Source of the DNA: Malacoraja senta | Lineage: Eukaryota | Length of the DNA stretch: 64,000 nucleotides | Assembly (NCBI GenBank): GCA_038087875.1 | Contig: CM075977.1 | Location: 166,532,001 to 166,596,000 of the forward strand | Direction: 5' to 3' | Part shown: in pieces, positions 39,195 through 51,889 of the stretch | Position numbering within the stretch: the stretch's first letter is position 1 | How the letters are laid out: each line of letters opens with the position of its first letter | Made by a program: the position numbers and the translations under genes | Notes under the pieces: model-generated | What the model was told of the DNA's origin: nothing | What the model saw: the letters and a program-made list of their open reading frames with translations, nothing else | Database searches by the model: none

Positions 39195-39630
39195 CATCTT
39201 CCTCTCCCACCCCCTCTCCCCCCTCCCCCCTCCCTCTCCTCCTCCCCCTCCCCCCATCCCCTCCCCCTCTTCCTTCCCCTGCCCCTCCCTACCCCTTCCC
39301 TCCCCTCATTCCCCTCTCCCCCTCCCCATTCCCCCCCCCTCCCCCCTCTCCTCCTCCCCCTCCCCACCCCACCCCCCTCTCCTTCCCCTGCCCCTCCCCC
39401 TCTCCCCTTTCCCTCCCCCCCATTCCCCTCTCCCGCCCTCCCCATTCCCCCCCTCCCCCCCTCCCCCTCCCTCTCCTCATCCCCCTCCCCCACCCCATCC
39501 CCCTCTCCTTCCCCTGCCCCTCCCCCTCTCCCTTTCCCTCCCCCTCATTCCCCTCTCCCGCCCTCCCCATTCCCCACCCTCCCACCCTTCCACCCCCCCC
39601 ATCCCTACACCCCCCCTTCTCCCTTCCTTT
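39195..39630. repeat. C/T-rich low-complexity compound minisatellite
   Basis: Recurrent units ccccctctccttcccctgcccctccc and cattcccctctcccgccctcccc; G-rich opposite strand. Confidence 0.95.
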
Positions 39631-40176
39631 CAGCTAAACTGAAATGTTTAGCTTTGTGGGTATTGGTGCAAGCAGGCTATAAGGGGTTACTGTAGGAAAG
39701 TGGTACAAAGGAGAAAATCAGACTTTGTTGAACAGTAATGCCGGACAGATTGTCCACTCCTGATCCGAGTTATTTTGCACCCAGAATATATGATAGAGAA
39801 ACAAGCCATTTAGCCCAAACAGTCCACACAGGCATTATTGCTGCATCAAGCTCATTCAGCGCCACCTCACTTATGCTAGCACCATATGTCTGTTCTCTGC
39901 TCCCTCAGATGTTTATACAACCAACGTATCCAAACAATCTGCAATTAATCTTGTTGCTTTCGAGGCAACTCCCCAGTAGATTTGTTGGTGACTATTTGAA
40001 ATCAATGGCCAGTAATTCTGCACTTTCTTTCAAGTGAAAGCACTCTCTCCCTGACCGCACAGTCAAAACTTCTGCAATTTTACAAAGCTTAATTGGATGC
40101 CGTGCCAGTGACAGTTACAGTCAGAGAGCAAGGAGCAGAATAGACAGCTCCACTTCTTGAAGAAGGGAAGGTGTGC

Positions 40177-41182
40177 CTGACAAAAATCAGTGCTACAGTC
40201 ATTCTTCATAAATGGTACCCATGTTAGACTTTAGACACTAACACAACAAGTTGCCAGTTCTTATGTCTGTTAGCACAAGACCTACACAGGGGGCCCACAA
40301 GCTCTGTCCTAGTGGCTTTACACTGCAGTTTTTTTCCTGTGTTAAGCATGCAAAGACATGTCAGCCTTTAAAATGTGTAATGCAGTTGGATTGATTGCTG
40401 GACATGTTATGAATATTACACACTCCTAAACTAAAGTAGTGGTGCTTGACATCATGTTTCAACTCTCAGACGGCTGTTGGCTAACATTCCTGGAACTCAT
40501 TGAGGAAACACTGCACTTATGTTGGCCTGAATTGGTAGTTGCAAGGGATTTTGCCATTAGACAGTGGGGTCTACAGTTCCACTTGGTGGAAGGATGCTCT
40601 CTGCATGTACTGCAGGCCTGTCTGGGACAGAGCCCTGATTCTGAACCATCACAGGGCAGGCCGTGGCTCCGCAGAGTCTCTAATTCTGACTGATCATTAC
40701 GGGAGAGGTGGAGAGCCGCAGACCAATGCTTTACCCTGAGGGATGCAGGAGTCCACAATTTGCTACAATGTGGGCCCGGAGGCAGAAGGTTGCAGGTTGG
40801 ATTAATGCCAGGAGAGAGGCACGGCAGATCGGTCCCATTGTCCGAAGAATTTCAACAATCTCAATTACCTGGTTAAAGTTACTAGAGTCACTCACAAATC
40901 ACACCTGATCGTGCTCACCTCTTCCCTCACACTGTCGGCATAGCTCCAGCCCTCGCACACCTCCAACACACCAAGGCAGCTGACAAGGATCAGTGCTGCA
41001 GCCATTCTTCATAAATGGTACCGACAAGTTAGACTTTAAACACTAACACACAAGTTGCCAGTTCTTATGTCGGTTAGCACAAGACCTACAAAGGAGTCCA
41101 CAAGCTCTCTCCCAGTGGCTTTGGACTGCCCTGTGCTGTGCATGCAAAGACATGTCTGCCTTTAAAATGAATAATGCAGTTG
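40177..41182 (+). repeat. Dispersed ~205-bp direct repeat pair (40177-40388 and 40980-41182)
   Basis: Shared cattcttcataaatggtacc, caagttgccagttcttatgtc, gcatgcaaagacatgtc, tttaaaatg..taatgcagttg. Confidence 0.9.
40660..40865 (+). pseudogene. PIF/Harbinger-type Myb/SANT domain relic
   Basis: EVESRRPMLYPEGCRSP...KVAGWINAR...(frameshift) HCPKNFNNL resembles the Myb/SANT-like pattern EVE.RR..LFP...VA..VNA...QCRKKFNDL. Confidence 0.55.
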
Positions 41183-41283
41183 AAAGACATGAACACTTTT
41201 CCCTCTCACTGCCAGACAAAGTAACTGGGAGTTGGTACTTTATTCAGTAAATTGGAGGCTTCCCTTCCAAGTCACAATGGTTA

Positions 41284-42249
41284 ACGCCGCATCTGCTCCC
41301 AGGATGAGGCGTTCCACACCAGGGCATCCGAAATGTCCTCACTCTTCAGGGAACGGGGGTTCCCCTCCTCCACCATAGATCAGACTCGCACCAGGGTCTC
41401 TGCCATACCCCGCAACACTGCTCTCTCTCCCCATCCCCCCACTCACAACAAGGGCAGAGTCCCCCTAGTCCTCACCTTTCACCCCACCAGCCGTCACATA
41501 CAACAAGTGATCCTCCATCAGTTTCGCCACCTCCAACGTGATCCCACCACTCGCCACATCTTCCCATCTCTCCTCCCATGTCTGCCTTCCGCAAAGACCG
41601 CTCCCTCCGTAACTCCCTTGTCAATTCTTCCCTTCCCTCCCGTACCACCCCTTCCCCGGGCACGTTCCCTTGCAACCGCAAGAGATGCAACACTTGTCCC
41701 TTCACCTCCACCTTCGACTCCCTTCAAGGACCCAAGCAGTCGTTCCAGGTGCGACAGAGGTTCACCTGCATCTCCTCCAACCTCATCTATTGCATCTGCT
41801 GCTCTAGATGTCAGCTGATCTACATCGGTGAGACCAAGCGGAGGCTTGGCGATCGTTTCGCCGAACACCTCCGGTCGGTCCGCAATAACCAACCTGACCT
41901 CCCGGTGGCTCAGCATTTCAACTCCCCCTCCCATTCCTTATCCGACCTCTTTGTCCTGGGTCTCCTCCATGGCCACAGCGAGCAACACCGGAAATTGGAG
42001 GGAATGCACCTCATATTCCGCTTGGGCAGTCTGCATCCTGGGGGCATGAACATTGAATTCTCCCAATGTTGCTAGCCCTTGCTGTCTCCTCCCCTTCCTC
42101 AGCCCTCTGGTTGTCTCCTCCCATCCCTCAGCCCTCGGGCTCCTCCTCCACCTTTTTCCTTTCTTCTCCCCACCCCCTATGTTGCCTATTTCCTTCGCTC
42201 CATAGATGCTGCTGCACCCGCTGAGTTTCTCCAGCATTTTTGTGTACCT
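41284..42249 (+). mobile_element. Penelope-like element, 5'-truncated (RT thumb + GIY-YIG endonuclease + terminal repeat)
   Basis: FRERGFP, RVPLVLTFHP, CNRKRCNTC, NLIYCICCSRCQLIYIGETKRRLGDRFAEH, PVAQHFN, GMNIEF; TSD acaatggtta at 41274-41283 and 42250-42259. Confidence 0.93.
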
Positions 42250-42443
42250 ACAATGGTTATCATGGTCTCTGCTTCCACATACCTGGTGAAAATAGAGGGT
42301 CTGAAATGACGGGATGCACAAAACGATCAGGCATTTATGGCCCCATTTCCTCTGCCTCTGCCCATTACCCTGTGAGTGGTGCATCTTTGTGATTGGCTAC
42401 TACCCCTCAATATGACTACATACTTTTGCTTTATCATTGCAGA

Positions 42444-42763
42444 TTTAGTTTAGTTTAGAGATACAGCGCAGAAACAGGCCCATTTGGCCCACCGGGTCCG
42501 CGCCGAGCAGCGATCCCCGCAAATTAACACTATCCTACACCCACTAGCGACAATTTTTACATTTACCAACCCAATTAACCTACAAACCTGTACATCTTTG
42601 GAGTGTGGGAGGAAAATGAAGATCTCGGAGAAAACCCACGCAGGTCACGGGGAAAATGTACAGACTCCGTATAGACAGCACCCGTAGTCAGGGTTGAACC
42701 CGGGTCTCAGGCGCTGCATTCGCTGTAAGGCAACAACTCTACCGCTGCGTCACTGTGACTGCC
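42444..42763 (-). mobile_element. Young tRNA-derived SINE (HE1-like)
   Basis: A-box TGACGCAGCGG, B-box GGTTCAACCC, (CTAAA)n tail, CpGs retained. Confidence 0.92.
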
Positions 42764-43134
42764 TGAAATGGGTGATCCCACTACCCATAAACCTCCCCAG
42801 GGAACCTCATCAGGGGGAAATTTCCAACCATGTTTCAGACTAAACGCACTAGTTTCATGTGATGAGAAATTGGGCAAAAGCAGCAACAGTTCCGCTGTAA
42901 ATCCCAAGACCAATACAGTGGACATGAGAAGGCCAAGGTGCATGGAGATACTTGGCAGAACATTCAGTCTACCGGAAAACTAGTGAGAGATTGAGCATGG
43001 AACAGGCCTTCCTCTTTTCCTGGAAACTTTGTGTCGTAAAGCAGTTGTTGTTCTGTGTCAGAAGGCACCGATCAACCTATGTTCTGGAGGATGAATGCTT
43101 ACGTTTCATTTTACAGGTGAAATGGAAACTGCCC

Positions 43135-43302
43135 AGGTGGAGTCTATGAGCTGCGGTGGAGTATATGTGCTGCAGAGGTAGTCTATGTGCTGCAGAGGTA
43201 ACCTACAGTTGCACTGATGGAGTCTGCAGCTGCACTGGTGGAGTCTATAGCTGCAATGGTGGAGTCTACAGCTGGACTGGTGGAGGCTACGAGCTGCAGA
43301 GG
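43135..43302. repeat. Degenerate ~21-bp minisatellite, about 8 units
   Basis: Consensus ggtggagtctacagctgcact. Confidence 0.85.
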
Positions 43303-43922
43303 AAGCTCAGTCTGCTCCTATCAGAAGGCACCCGATAACAAGCTTGGCAGTGTGCCCATGTGCTGTTGAGCAAGGACCTCTTCTCCTCTCCCTATCAGTG
43401 CTCCGATTTTCTGAATGGAATATTTGGACCAGTTTTCATGGCCTGCGTATAGTAGCCTCAATGACAGCTGCTAACAGAGATGGCACGAGAAGCTGAGTTA
43501 AAGTATGGGTTTGTGTTTGTCTTGTTCTTGATCTTCCACTTATCAGGAAAGTGAGGTTACTTTGATTATGACTACTTCAGTATAAGGCTGCTGACTAATC
43601 CATTTCCACATCTGCAGTGCCCCGTGTAGAGGGAAAGATCACGCTCGCTGCCATGGAGCAATGTGTCACCACAGACAACCAGACTTAGCAGGGAAAGGCA
43701 TTACAGCACTGCACGACTTGCACCCCATTTAGTAGTAGCTCAAGCACCCAGACTTTGATGACACCCACTGTCAGGTTGCAACTGGTCAAAACATTTCCTT
43801 GTGACAGTATAGTACCTTTTACAAGGACTGACATTCCCTGCACTGAAAGAGTAAATGACAGAGTAAACTGAAAGGGCGAATAGCCTGAGAGGGTAACGTG
43901 AGGATGTCAACATCTACTGTAA

Positions 43923-46706
43923 CATAGAAACATAGAAACATAGAAAATAGGTGCAGGAGTAGGCCATTCGGCCCTTCGAGCCTGCACCGCCATTCAATAT
44001 GATCATGGCTGAACATCCAACTCAGTATCCCATACCTGCTTTCTCTCCATACCCCCTGATCCCTTTAGCCACAAGGGCCACATCTAACTCCCTCTTAAAT
44101 ATAGCCAATGAACTGGCCTCAACTACATTCTATGGCAGAGAATTCCAGAGATTCACCACTCTCTGTGTAAAAAATGTTTTTCTCATCTCAGTCCTAAAAG
44201 ATTTCCCCTTTATCCTTAAACTGTGACCCCTTGTTCTGGACTTCCCCAACATCGGGAACAATCTTCCTGCATCTAGCCTGTCCAACCCCTTAAGAATTTT
44301 GTAAGTTTCTATAAGATCCCCCCTCAATCTTCTAAATTCTAGTGAGTACAAGCCGAGTCTATCCAGTCTTTCTTCATATGAAAGTCCTGACATCCCAGGA
44401 ATCAGTCTGGTGAACCTTCTCTGTACTCCCTCTATGGCAAGAATGTCCTTCCTCAGATTAGGAGACCAAAACTGTACGCAATACTCCAGGTGTGGTCTCA
44501 CCAAGACCCTGTACAACTGCAGTAGAACCTCCCTGCTCCTATACTCAAATCCTTTTGCTATGAATGCTAACATACCATTTGCTTTCTTCACTGCCTGCTG
44601 CACCTGCATTCCTACTTTCATTGACTGGTGTACCATGACACCCAGGTCTCGTTGCATCTCCCCTGTTCCTAATCGGCCACCATTCAGGTAATGGTCTACT
44701 TTCCTGTTTTTGCCACCAAAGTGGATAACCTCACATTTATCCACATTATACTGTATCTGCCATGCATTTGCCCACTCACCCAGCCTATCCAAGTCACCTT
44801 GCAGTCTCCTAGCATCCTCCTCACAGCTAACACTGCCCCCCAGCTTAGTGTCATCCGCAAACCTGGAGATGTTGCATTCAATTCCCTCATCCAAATCATT
44901 AATATATATTGTAAATAGCTGGGGTCCCAGCACTGAGCCTTGCAGTACCCCACTAGTCACTGCCTGCCATTCTGAAAAGGACCCGTTTACTCCTACTCTC
45001 TGCTCCCTTTCTGCCAGCCAGTTCTCTATCCACATTAATACTGAACCCCAATACCATGTGCTTTAAGTTTGTATATTAATCTCTTACGTGGGACCTTGTC
45101 GAAAGCCTTCTGAAAGTCCAGATATAACACATCCACTGGTTCTCCCTTATCCACTCTACTAGTTACATCCTCGAAAAATTCTATAAGATTCGTCAGACAT
45201 GATTTACCTTTTATAAATCCATGCTGAGTTTGTCCAATGATTTCACCATTTTCCAAATGTGCTGCTATCCCATCTTTAATAACTGACTCTAGCAGTTTCC
45301 CCACTACCAATGTTAGACTAACTGGTCTGTAATTCCCCGTTTTCTCTCTCCCTCCCTTTTTAAAAAGTGGGGTTACATTAGCTACCCTCCAATCCTCAGG
45401 AACTACTCCAGAATTTAAAGAGTTTTGAAAAATTATCACTAATGCATCCACTATTTCTGGGGCTACTTCCGTAAATACTCTGGGATGCAGCCTATCTGGC
45501 CCTGTGGATTTATCGGCCTTTAATCCATTCAATTTACGTAACACCACTTCCCGGCTAACCTGGATTTCACTCAGTTCCTCCATCTCATTTGACCCCCGGT
45601 CCCCTGCTATTTCCGGCAGATTAATTAAGTCTTCCATAGTGAAGACGGAACCAAAGTAGTTATTCAATTGGTCTGCCATGTCCTTGTTCCCCATGATCAA
45701 TTCACCTGTTTCTGACTGCAAGGGACCTACATTTGTTTTAACTAATCTTTTTCTCTTCACATATCTATAAAAACTTTTGCAATCAGTTTTTATGTTCCCT
45801 GCCAGTTTTCGTTCATAATCTATTTTCCCTTTCCTAATTAAACCCTTTGTCCTCCTCTGCTGGACTCTGAATTTCTCCCAGTCCTCTGGTAGGCTGCTTT
45901 TTCTGGCTAATTTGTATGCTTCATCTTTTGTTTTGATACTATCCCTGATTTCCCTTGTTATCCACGGATGCACTACCTTCCCTGATTTATTCTTTTGCCA
46001 AACTGGGATGAACAATTGTTGTAGTTCATCCATGCAGCCTTTAAATGCCTTCCATTGCATATCCACTGTCAGCCCTTTAAGAATCAATTGCCAGTCTATC
46101 TTGGCCAATTCACCAGACCCCTCAAAGTTACCTTTCTTTAAGTTCAGAACCCTTGTTTCTGAATTAATTATGTCACTCTCCATCGTAATGAACACAACCA
46201 TAATATGGTCACTCTTGCCCAAAGGGCCACGCACAACAAGACTGCTAACTAACCCTTCCTAATTACTCAATACCCAGTCTAGAATAGCCTGCTCTCTTGT
46301 TGGTTCCGCTACATGTTGATTTAGAAAACTATCCCGCATACATTCCAAGAAATCCTCTTCCTCAGCACCCCTGCCAATTTGATTCACCCAATCTATATGT
46401 AGATTGAAGTCACCCATTATAACTGTTTTACCTTTGTTGCACGCATTTCTAATTTCCTGTTTGATGCCATCCCCAACTCCACTACTACTGTTAGGTTGCC
46501 TGTACACAACTCCCACTAGCGTTTTCGGCCCCTTAGTGTTTCGCAGCTCTACTCATATTGATTCCACATCCTCCAAGCTAATGTCCTTCCTTTCTATTGC
46601 GTTAATCTCCTCTCTAACCAGCAACGGTACCCCACCTCCTTTTCCTTTCTGTCTATCCCTCCTGAATATTGAATATCCCTGGATGTTCAGCTCCCAGCCT
46701 TGGTCG
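43923..46706 (-). mobile_element. Young CR1 (HER1-like) LINE, 5'-truncated ORF2 with few lesions
   Basis: ORFs 46516-46259, 46234-45035 and 45035-44130 give EN (GDFN, SDH) and RT ([23 protein letters not shown]); (TTTCTATG)n tail. Confidence 0.97.
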
Positions 46707-46804
46707 TTATTTCTGATGTAGAAATGCTCAGCAGGTGAGCAACATTCCATTGCTTCTCTTGGCTTTTTCAAATATTGTACAATTATCCACTCGTGAGTTC
46801 CACT

Positions 46805-47070
46805 GTGGTTCAGCTCCAGAGACCCGGCCAGTCTTAGTCTTGGGCATTGTGGTATAGAACTTACACGTTTTCCCTGTCACTGAGTGAATTTCCTCTGGTT
46901 TCCTCCAACTATCCAAAGATGTGCAGATTGGAAGATTAATTGGCTCCTGTAAATTGTCCCAAGTGTGTATGTGGAAGGGTGGTGGGATCTGGAGAAGGTT
47001 GATGAGAATGTGGGAAGAATAAATGAGTGGATGGCACAATGGCTCAGTGGTAGAGTTGCTGCTTTACAGC
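46805..47070 (+). mobile_element. Old SINE plus a second SINE 5' head
   Basis: V-SINE-like core ctctggtttcctcc...ccaaagatgtgcag; A-box tggctcagtggtagag at 47040. Confidence 0.7.
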
Positions 47071-47136
47071 ATCACATCCATCGGATATGAAACAGAGCAA
47101 TGAAATTCTTACTTCCTGCAGCTTTACAGGCAGATT

Positions 47137-47845
47137 AAATCAGAATCAGAATCAGATTTTACTCGCCATGTTTTGCAACATACGAGGAATTTCACTGGCC
47201 AGGTCAGTCATACAATTAAAAGCAACAGACTCAAAAACACATTTTAACATGAACATCCACCACAGTGACTCCTGCACATTCCTCACTGTGATGGAAGGCG
47301 AAATAAAGTTCAAGTCCTTCCTTTTGTTCTTCCTCGGTCGTGGGCCTCGAGCCCTCTGTTGATGGGATGATCTTAACTACCGTAGCCGGCGGCGTTCGGG
47401 CACTCCGCGTCGAGGTGTTCAGCTCCTGCATCGGGGGGTTGTCAGCTCCCCTGCGCCAGGGGTCGAACCTCGCGTCGGGGCTGGTTGAACCTTCTGCGGC
47501 GTTGGAGCTCCCGACTAGCCTCTCCTGAGACTGCGAGCCCTTGAGGGATCCGCTCCGACGTTAAGTCGGCGCCCCGCGGTGGGGATCACGACAGTCCGAG
47601 GCTGCTGCCAGCTCCAGCGATGGTAGGCCGCAGAGCCCGGAGAATGTGATCCGAAAATCAATCCCATCTCCGGGCAGGTAAGAACTTGAAAAAAAAAAGG
47701 TTCCCCCGATCCCCCCCCCTCCCCTCGCATAAAACAAACCAAAGTACATTAAAGCAAACTCTTAACAGACATTAAAAATAACAAAAGATGAAAAAACAAC
47801 TGGACTGCCGACACGTCTGGTCATCTCCCCGGCGCTCCTGGTGGT
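47137..47845 (-). mobile_element. Unclassified young CpG-rich non-coding retroposon with (TTCTGA)n tail
   Basis: aatcagaatcagaatcag microsatellite tail; GC/CpG-rich body; no ORF homology seen. Confidence 0.6.
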
Positions 47846-47914
47846 CTGGTAAACACAATGACAACAAAAATAAATAAACTAAAATGATTTAGTTTTTTCA
47901 AGTAAATAAGAACA

Positions 47915-50900
47915 TAATAGTCATAGAGCTATACAGCACAGAAACAGCCTTTTTGTTCCACCTTGTCCATACCGAACATACTCATTCTGGGCTAATCCCA
48001 TTTGCCAGCATCTGGCCCATAGCCATCTAAATCCTTCCTATCTTTATGCCTATCCAAATGTATTTTGAAAGCTGAAATTGCATATGATTCTATAGGTTTC
48101 TCTGGCAGCTCATTCCAGATAGGGATGGTCCACCTGAGGTTCCTCTGGGGTCTGAAGAAGGGTCTCGACCCGAAAAACGTCACCCATTCCTTCAATCCAG
48201 CGATGTTGCCTGTCCCGCTGAATACTTGATTAGGACGGGTGTTAAGGGTTATGGGGAGGAATGAAAATGTGATTAGGAGGCAGAGATCAGCCATGATTGA
48301 AGACTCGATTGGGCCAAATGGCCTAATTCTACTCCTATAACTTGTGAACGTGAATTTATTCCAGCATTTTGTGTCTTTCCTCTTAAATCTCTCCTCTCTC
48401 ACCTTGAGTTCATGCGCTCTAGTTTTATAATCGTCAACCCTGGGAAAAAGATTGTGAACATATTCATGCCCCTCATGATTTCGCACACCTCAACAGGGTC
48501 ACCCATCAACCTCTGATACTCCAAAGAAAAAAGTCCCAGCCAATCTAATCCCTATAACTCAAGCCGATTAGCCCTGGTGGCATCGTGATGATTCTCTTTT
48601 GCACCTTTTCCAACTTAATGGCATCTTCCGATGCTAGGTGATCAGAACTGTACACAGTACTCCAAGTGTGTTGTCACCAACAACTTGTACAGCTGCACCA
48701 TGATGTCCCAACGTTTATACTCATTATGCTGCCAAATGACGGCAAGCATGCCAAGCAACGTCTTTACCACACTGTCAACCCGAACTACCACATTTAGGGA
48801 ATCAAGCACTTGTACTCCCAAATCTCACAGTTTGGCATCACTCTCCAAGAAACTACCATTTATTGTGTGTGTCTAGATTTGGTATAACATACCAATGTAC
48901 AACACCTCACACTTGTCAAGTTAAATTTCATTTGCCATTTCCTGGCCTAGCTTCCCAACTGAACTAGGCCCAGTTTTAGTTTTAGAGATGCAGCATTGAA
49001 ACAGGCCCTTCAGCCCATTGAGTCCATTATTTCAGGGTGAGTGTACTCAGTCCTTCAAGCATGTTCCTCAGTCCTCCAATTTCCTCCAGGGATATTTGAT
49101 TCCAGTTGCTATACTTAGCCCATGCCTCTTTCTGTTTCCTGACCAGAACCTCAGTTTCTCTTGTCATCCAGGCTTCCTTACTCCTACCTACCTTGCCCTT
49201 CACTTTAACAGGAACATGCATGTTTTTCTCTCACCATCACACTTAAAAATATCCCACTTTCTGGATGACCCTCTGCCTGCAAACAACCTACTCCCATCAA
49301 CTTTTGCAGGTTCCTTTCTAATCCCATCAAAGTTAGTCTTGCACCAATTCAGAACTTTAACGTAAATCAGCCCTGTCCTTATCCATAAATATTTAAATTC
49401 TAATAAATCAGTGGTCGTTGGTCCCAAAAGGCTCGCCCACCGACCCTTCAGTCACTTGGCCTTCCCAATATCCTAAGATGAGGTGAAGCTTTGCCGTCTC
49501 CCTTATAGGACTCTATACATATTGATTAAGGAAACTTTCCTGAACATATTTTACAAATTCCACCCCATCCATGTGCTTGACACTATGGCCATCCCTGTAT
49601 ATATTGGGAAAGTTAAAATCCTCAACTATGACAACCCTAATAGTCTTGCTGCTGTATGAAATCTCCCAGTATCTTTGTTCTTCTAATTCCCATTGACTAT
49701 TTGGGAACCTATGGCACACACCCATCTAGGTGATCATCCCCTTTTTATTTCTAAGCTCCGTTCATATGGCTTCACTGGATGAACTAATGTAATCTTGAAC
49801 AATTGTCATTATGTTCACAATCAATAAAGCAACTCCCCCTCCTCCCTTACCCCCATCTCTACCTTGCATGCAGTATCTGTACCTGGAATGTTAGGCAGTC
49901 AGTCCTGTCCCTCCCTTATCCGGGTTTTTGTAACGGTTACAACATGCCAGTTGCACTCACCTATCCACGCTCTGAGTATACCTGCATTATCCGTCAGGTC
50001 TCTCACATTGAAATAGATGCACATTGCTTATTCTGTCTATGGACCTTTCTTTCATTGACTTCCGACCTGCCTCATACCCTCTGCCAATTTAGTTTAAACC
50101 ATTTCGAGTAGAATTAATAAACTTTACTGTGTAGGAAGGAATTGCAAATGCTGGTTTATACTGAAGATAGACACAAAAAGCTGGGTCAGGCAGCATTTCT
50201 GGAGAAAAGGAATAGGTTGCCTCTCTGTCCCTTTTTCTACCTGCCATTTGTGCCAACGTGCACAACAACTTATGGCGGCTCACCCCTTCCTTGAGAATGT
50301 CGTGCAGCCACCTGGAGATATCCTGGACCCTGGTACCAGGGAGGCAACACACTCCTCTCTTACTTGCATCTTTATCATGCCTGTGACATCAGTACCCTGG
50401 AACATTGAACTGCCAGTCCTGCCCTTCTCTCAACCATGTTTCTGCTAAGGCTAAAGTATTCCAAACTCCCACGCTAATCTACTCTGCGTTTGTCTGCCTT
50501 CCCAGTTAAATCTCTAGCATTGAAATATATCGTTTAAACCACTGGATCTCCCTCAGTCTTTACCGTGTATCTGCCTGTCCTGTCTGCTAATCTTGTTTTC
50601 TTTGTCTGCAGTATTTTCCCCCAACTTCTCGTCTGCCTCCTTTCTGTCCAGGATCAAAACCCTGAACACTTGCTCCCTGCTCTTGCTCCTCAGTCACATT
50701 CATCTGGCCCATTCTTTTATTCCGAGCCTCCCTAGCATGTGGCTCTGGGAATAATCTTGAGATGATCACATTTGTCCTGCCTCTAACCTTTAGCATAACT
50801 CCCTATATTCACTCCGCAGGACCACACCGTCCCCCTTGAAAATGTTCTGCAACCACTCCAAGACATCCTGGACCCTGGTACCAGGCAGGCAACTAACAAT

Positions 50901-51165
50901 CCTGGAGTCCTATTTGAGGCAACAGAATCTGCCCTCCAAACTAGGTCACCTATCACTATGATCCTGTCTGACCCTACCCCGCAGTGCCTCATAGCCAGAC
51001 TTGCTGCCACATACCTGACTGCTCTTGCTTTCTCCAGATGCCATTTGCACCCAGCAGCATCCAACAGATATCTGTGTTTTTGAGAGGAATGGGCACAGGA
51101 GTTTCCTGCACTCTCTGCCTTTACTTTTGTTGGTTGTCTCCCATAAACTTCCTGCCTGTACCTTA
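47915..51165 (-). mobile_element. Mosaic of CR1 pieces: 3' end, EN, and two ORF1 esterase fragments
   Basis: 3' tail at ~47915; EDFNFPNI; CCLPGTRVQDISRWLHDILK (50352-50290) and VIGDLV...ACLVPG (50960-50860), SGNH esterase-like. Confidence 0.8.
48147..48376 (+). mobile_element. Hammerhead-bearing Penelope repeat inside CR1, itself interrupted by a CR1 tail
   Basis: GGGT-CTGAAGA-AGGGTCTCGACCC-GAAAAA-CGTC-ACCC; TSD ttcctct at 48140-48146 and 48377-48383; CR1 3' end at ~48225-48355. Confidence 0.8.
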
Positions 51166-51889
51166 GGTGTGACTATTTAAGACGCTCTCAATCTCCTCCT
51201 GAGGTCATCTAGCTGGCAGTTCCCTCACGTAGTCAGTCAGGTGAAAAACTGAAGAACATAGAGGAACTATAGTTCTGCTTTGGTAGGAATGTGGTTGAAG
51301 TCGTGTGGTCTGGCTCAAAAACTTAACTTTAAATGGAAAGAAGCTATTTTTGAACCTGGTGGAAATAGTTATCAAGTTCCTGTACCTTCTTCCTTATGGG
51401 GTATGTCTAATATTTGTAGACCACAGCATATGGTTCCTCAAGTCCTGGCTAACTGTCTGCTTTGGGTGGAATGCAGGCTAACGTTGGAGGTGGATTACCT
51501 TGGGGGATAGAAGGCCTCATGTCTGAGCAACATGAAGAGTTTACACTGAGGCAGAACTCACTGCCTTTGTCTTTTATCGATGACTGTCTGGGTCCATACT
51601 ATGCATTGAGAAACCTCCAGTCAAGTAGACCAAATTTGCCTTGCTGGGGGTGAGCTATGTCTCTGTGAAACCAAGTATAGACCATTCCCTTGTGTCCCTT
51701 GGTAAAATAATCTTGCCCTTGAGTCCTCATCTCATCTGTAAGTTGGCCAAGAGAATGGTGGTGGGGGGGGGGGGGGGCGTGGGCTCCATTGCTTCATCCT
51801 TATTTGGAGGCTGCTCCCATGACCTCTTCAATGCTGATTTAAATGATCCAGAACCCTGTTATTTACAGCACTGATTGTGATTCCATTGA

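Noticed and set aside
39077-39695. Pro-rich and Gly-rich ORFs of up to 183 aa
   Set aside because: Artefacts of the C/T low-complexity tract; open in many frames
43135-43302. CRISPR-like array
   Set aside because: Contiguous degenerate tandem units without unique spacers, in eukaryotic DNA
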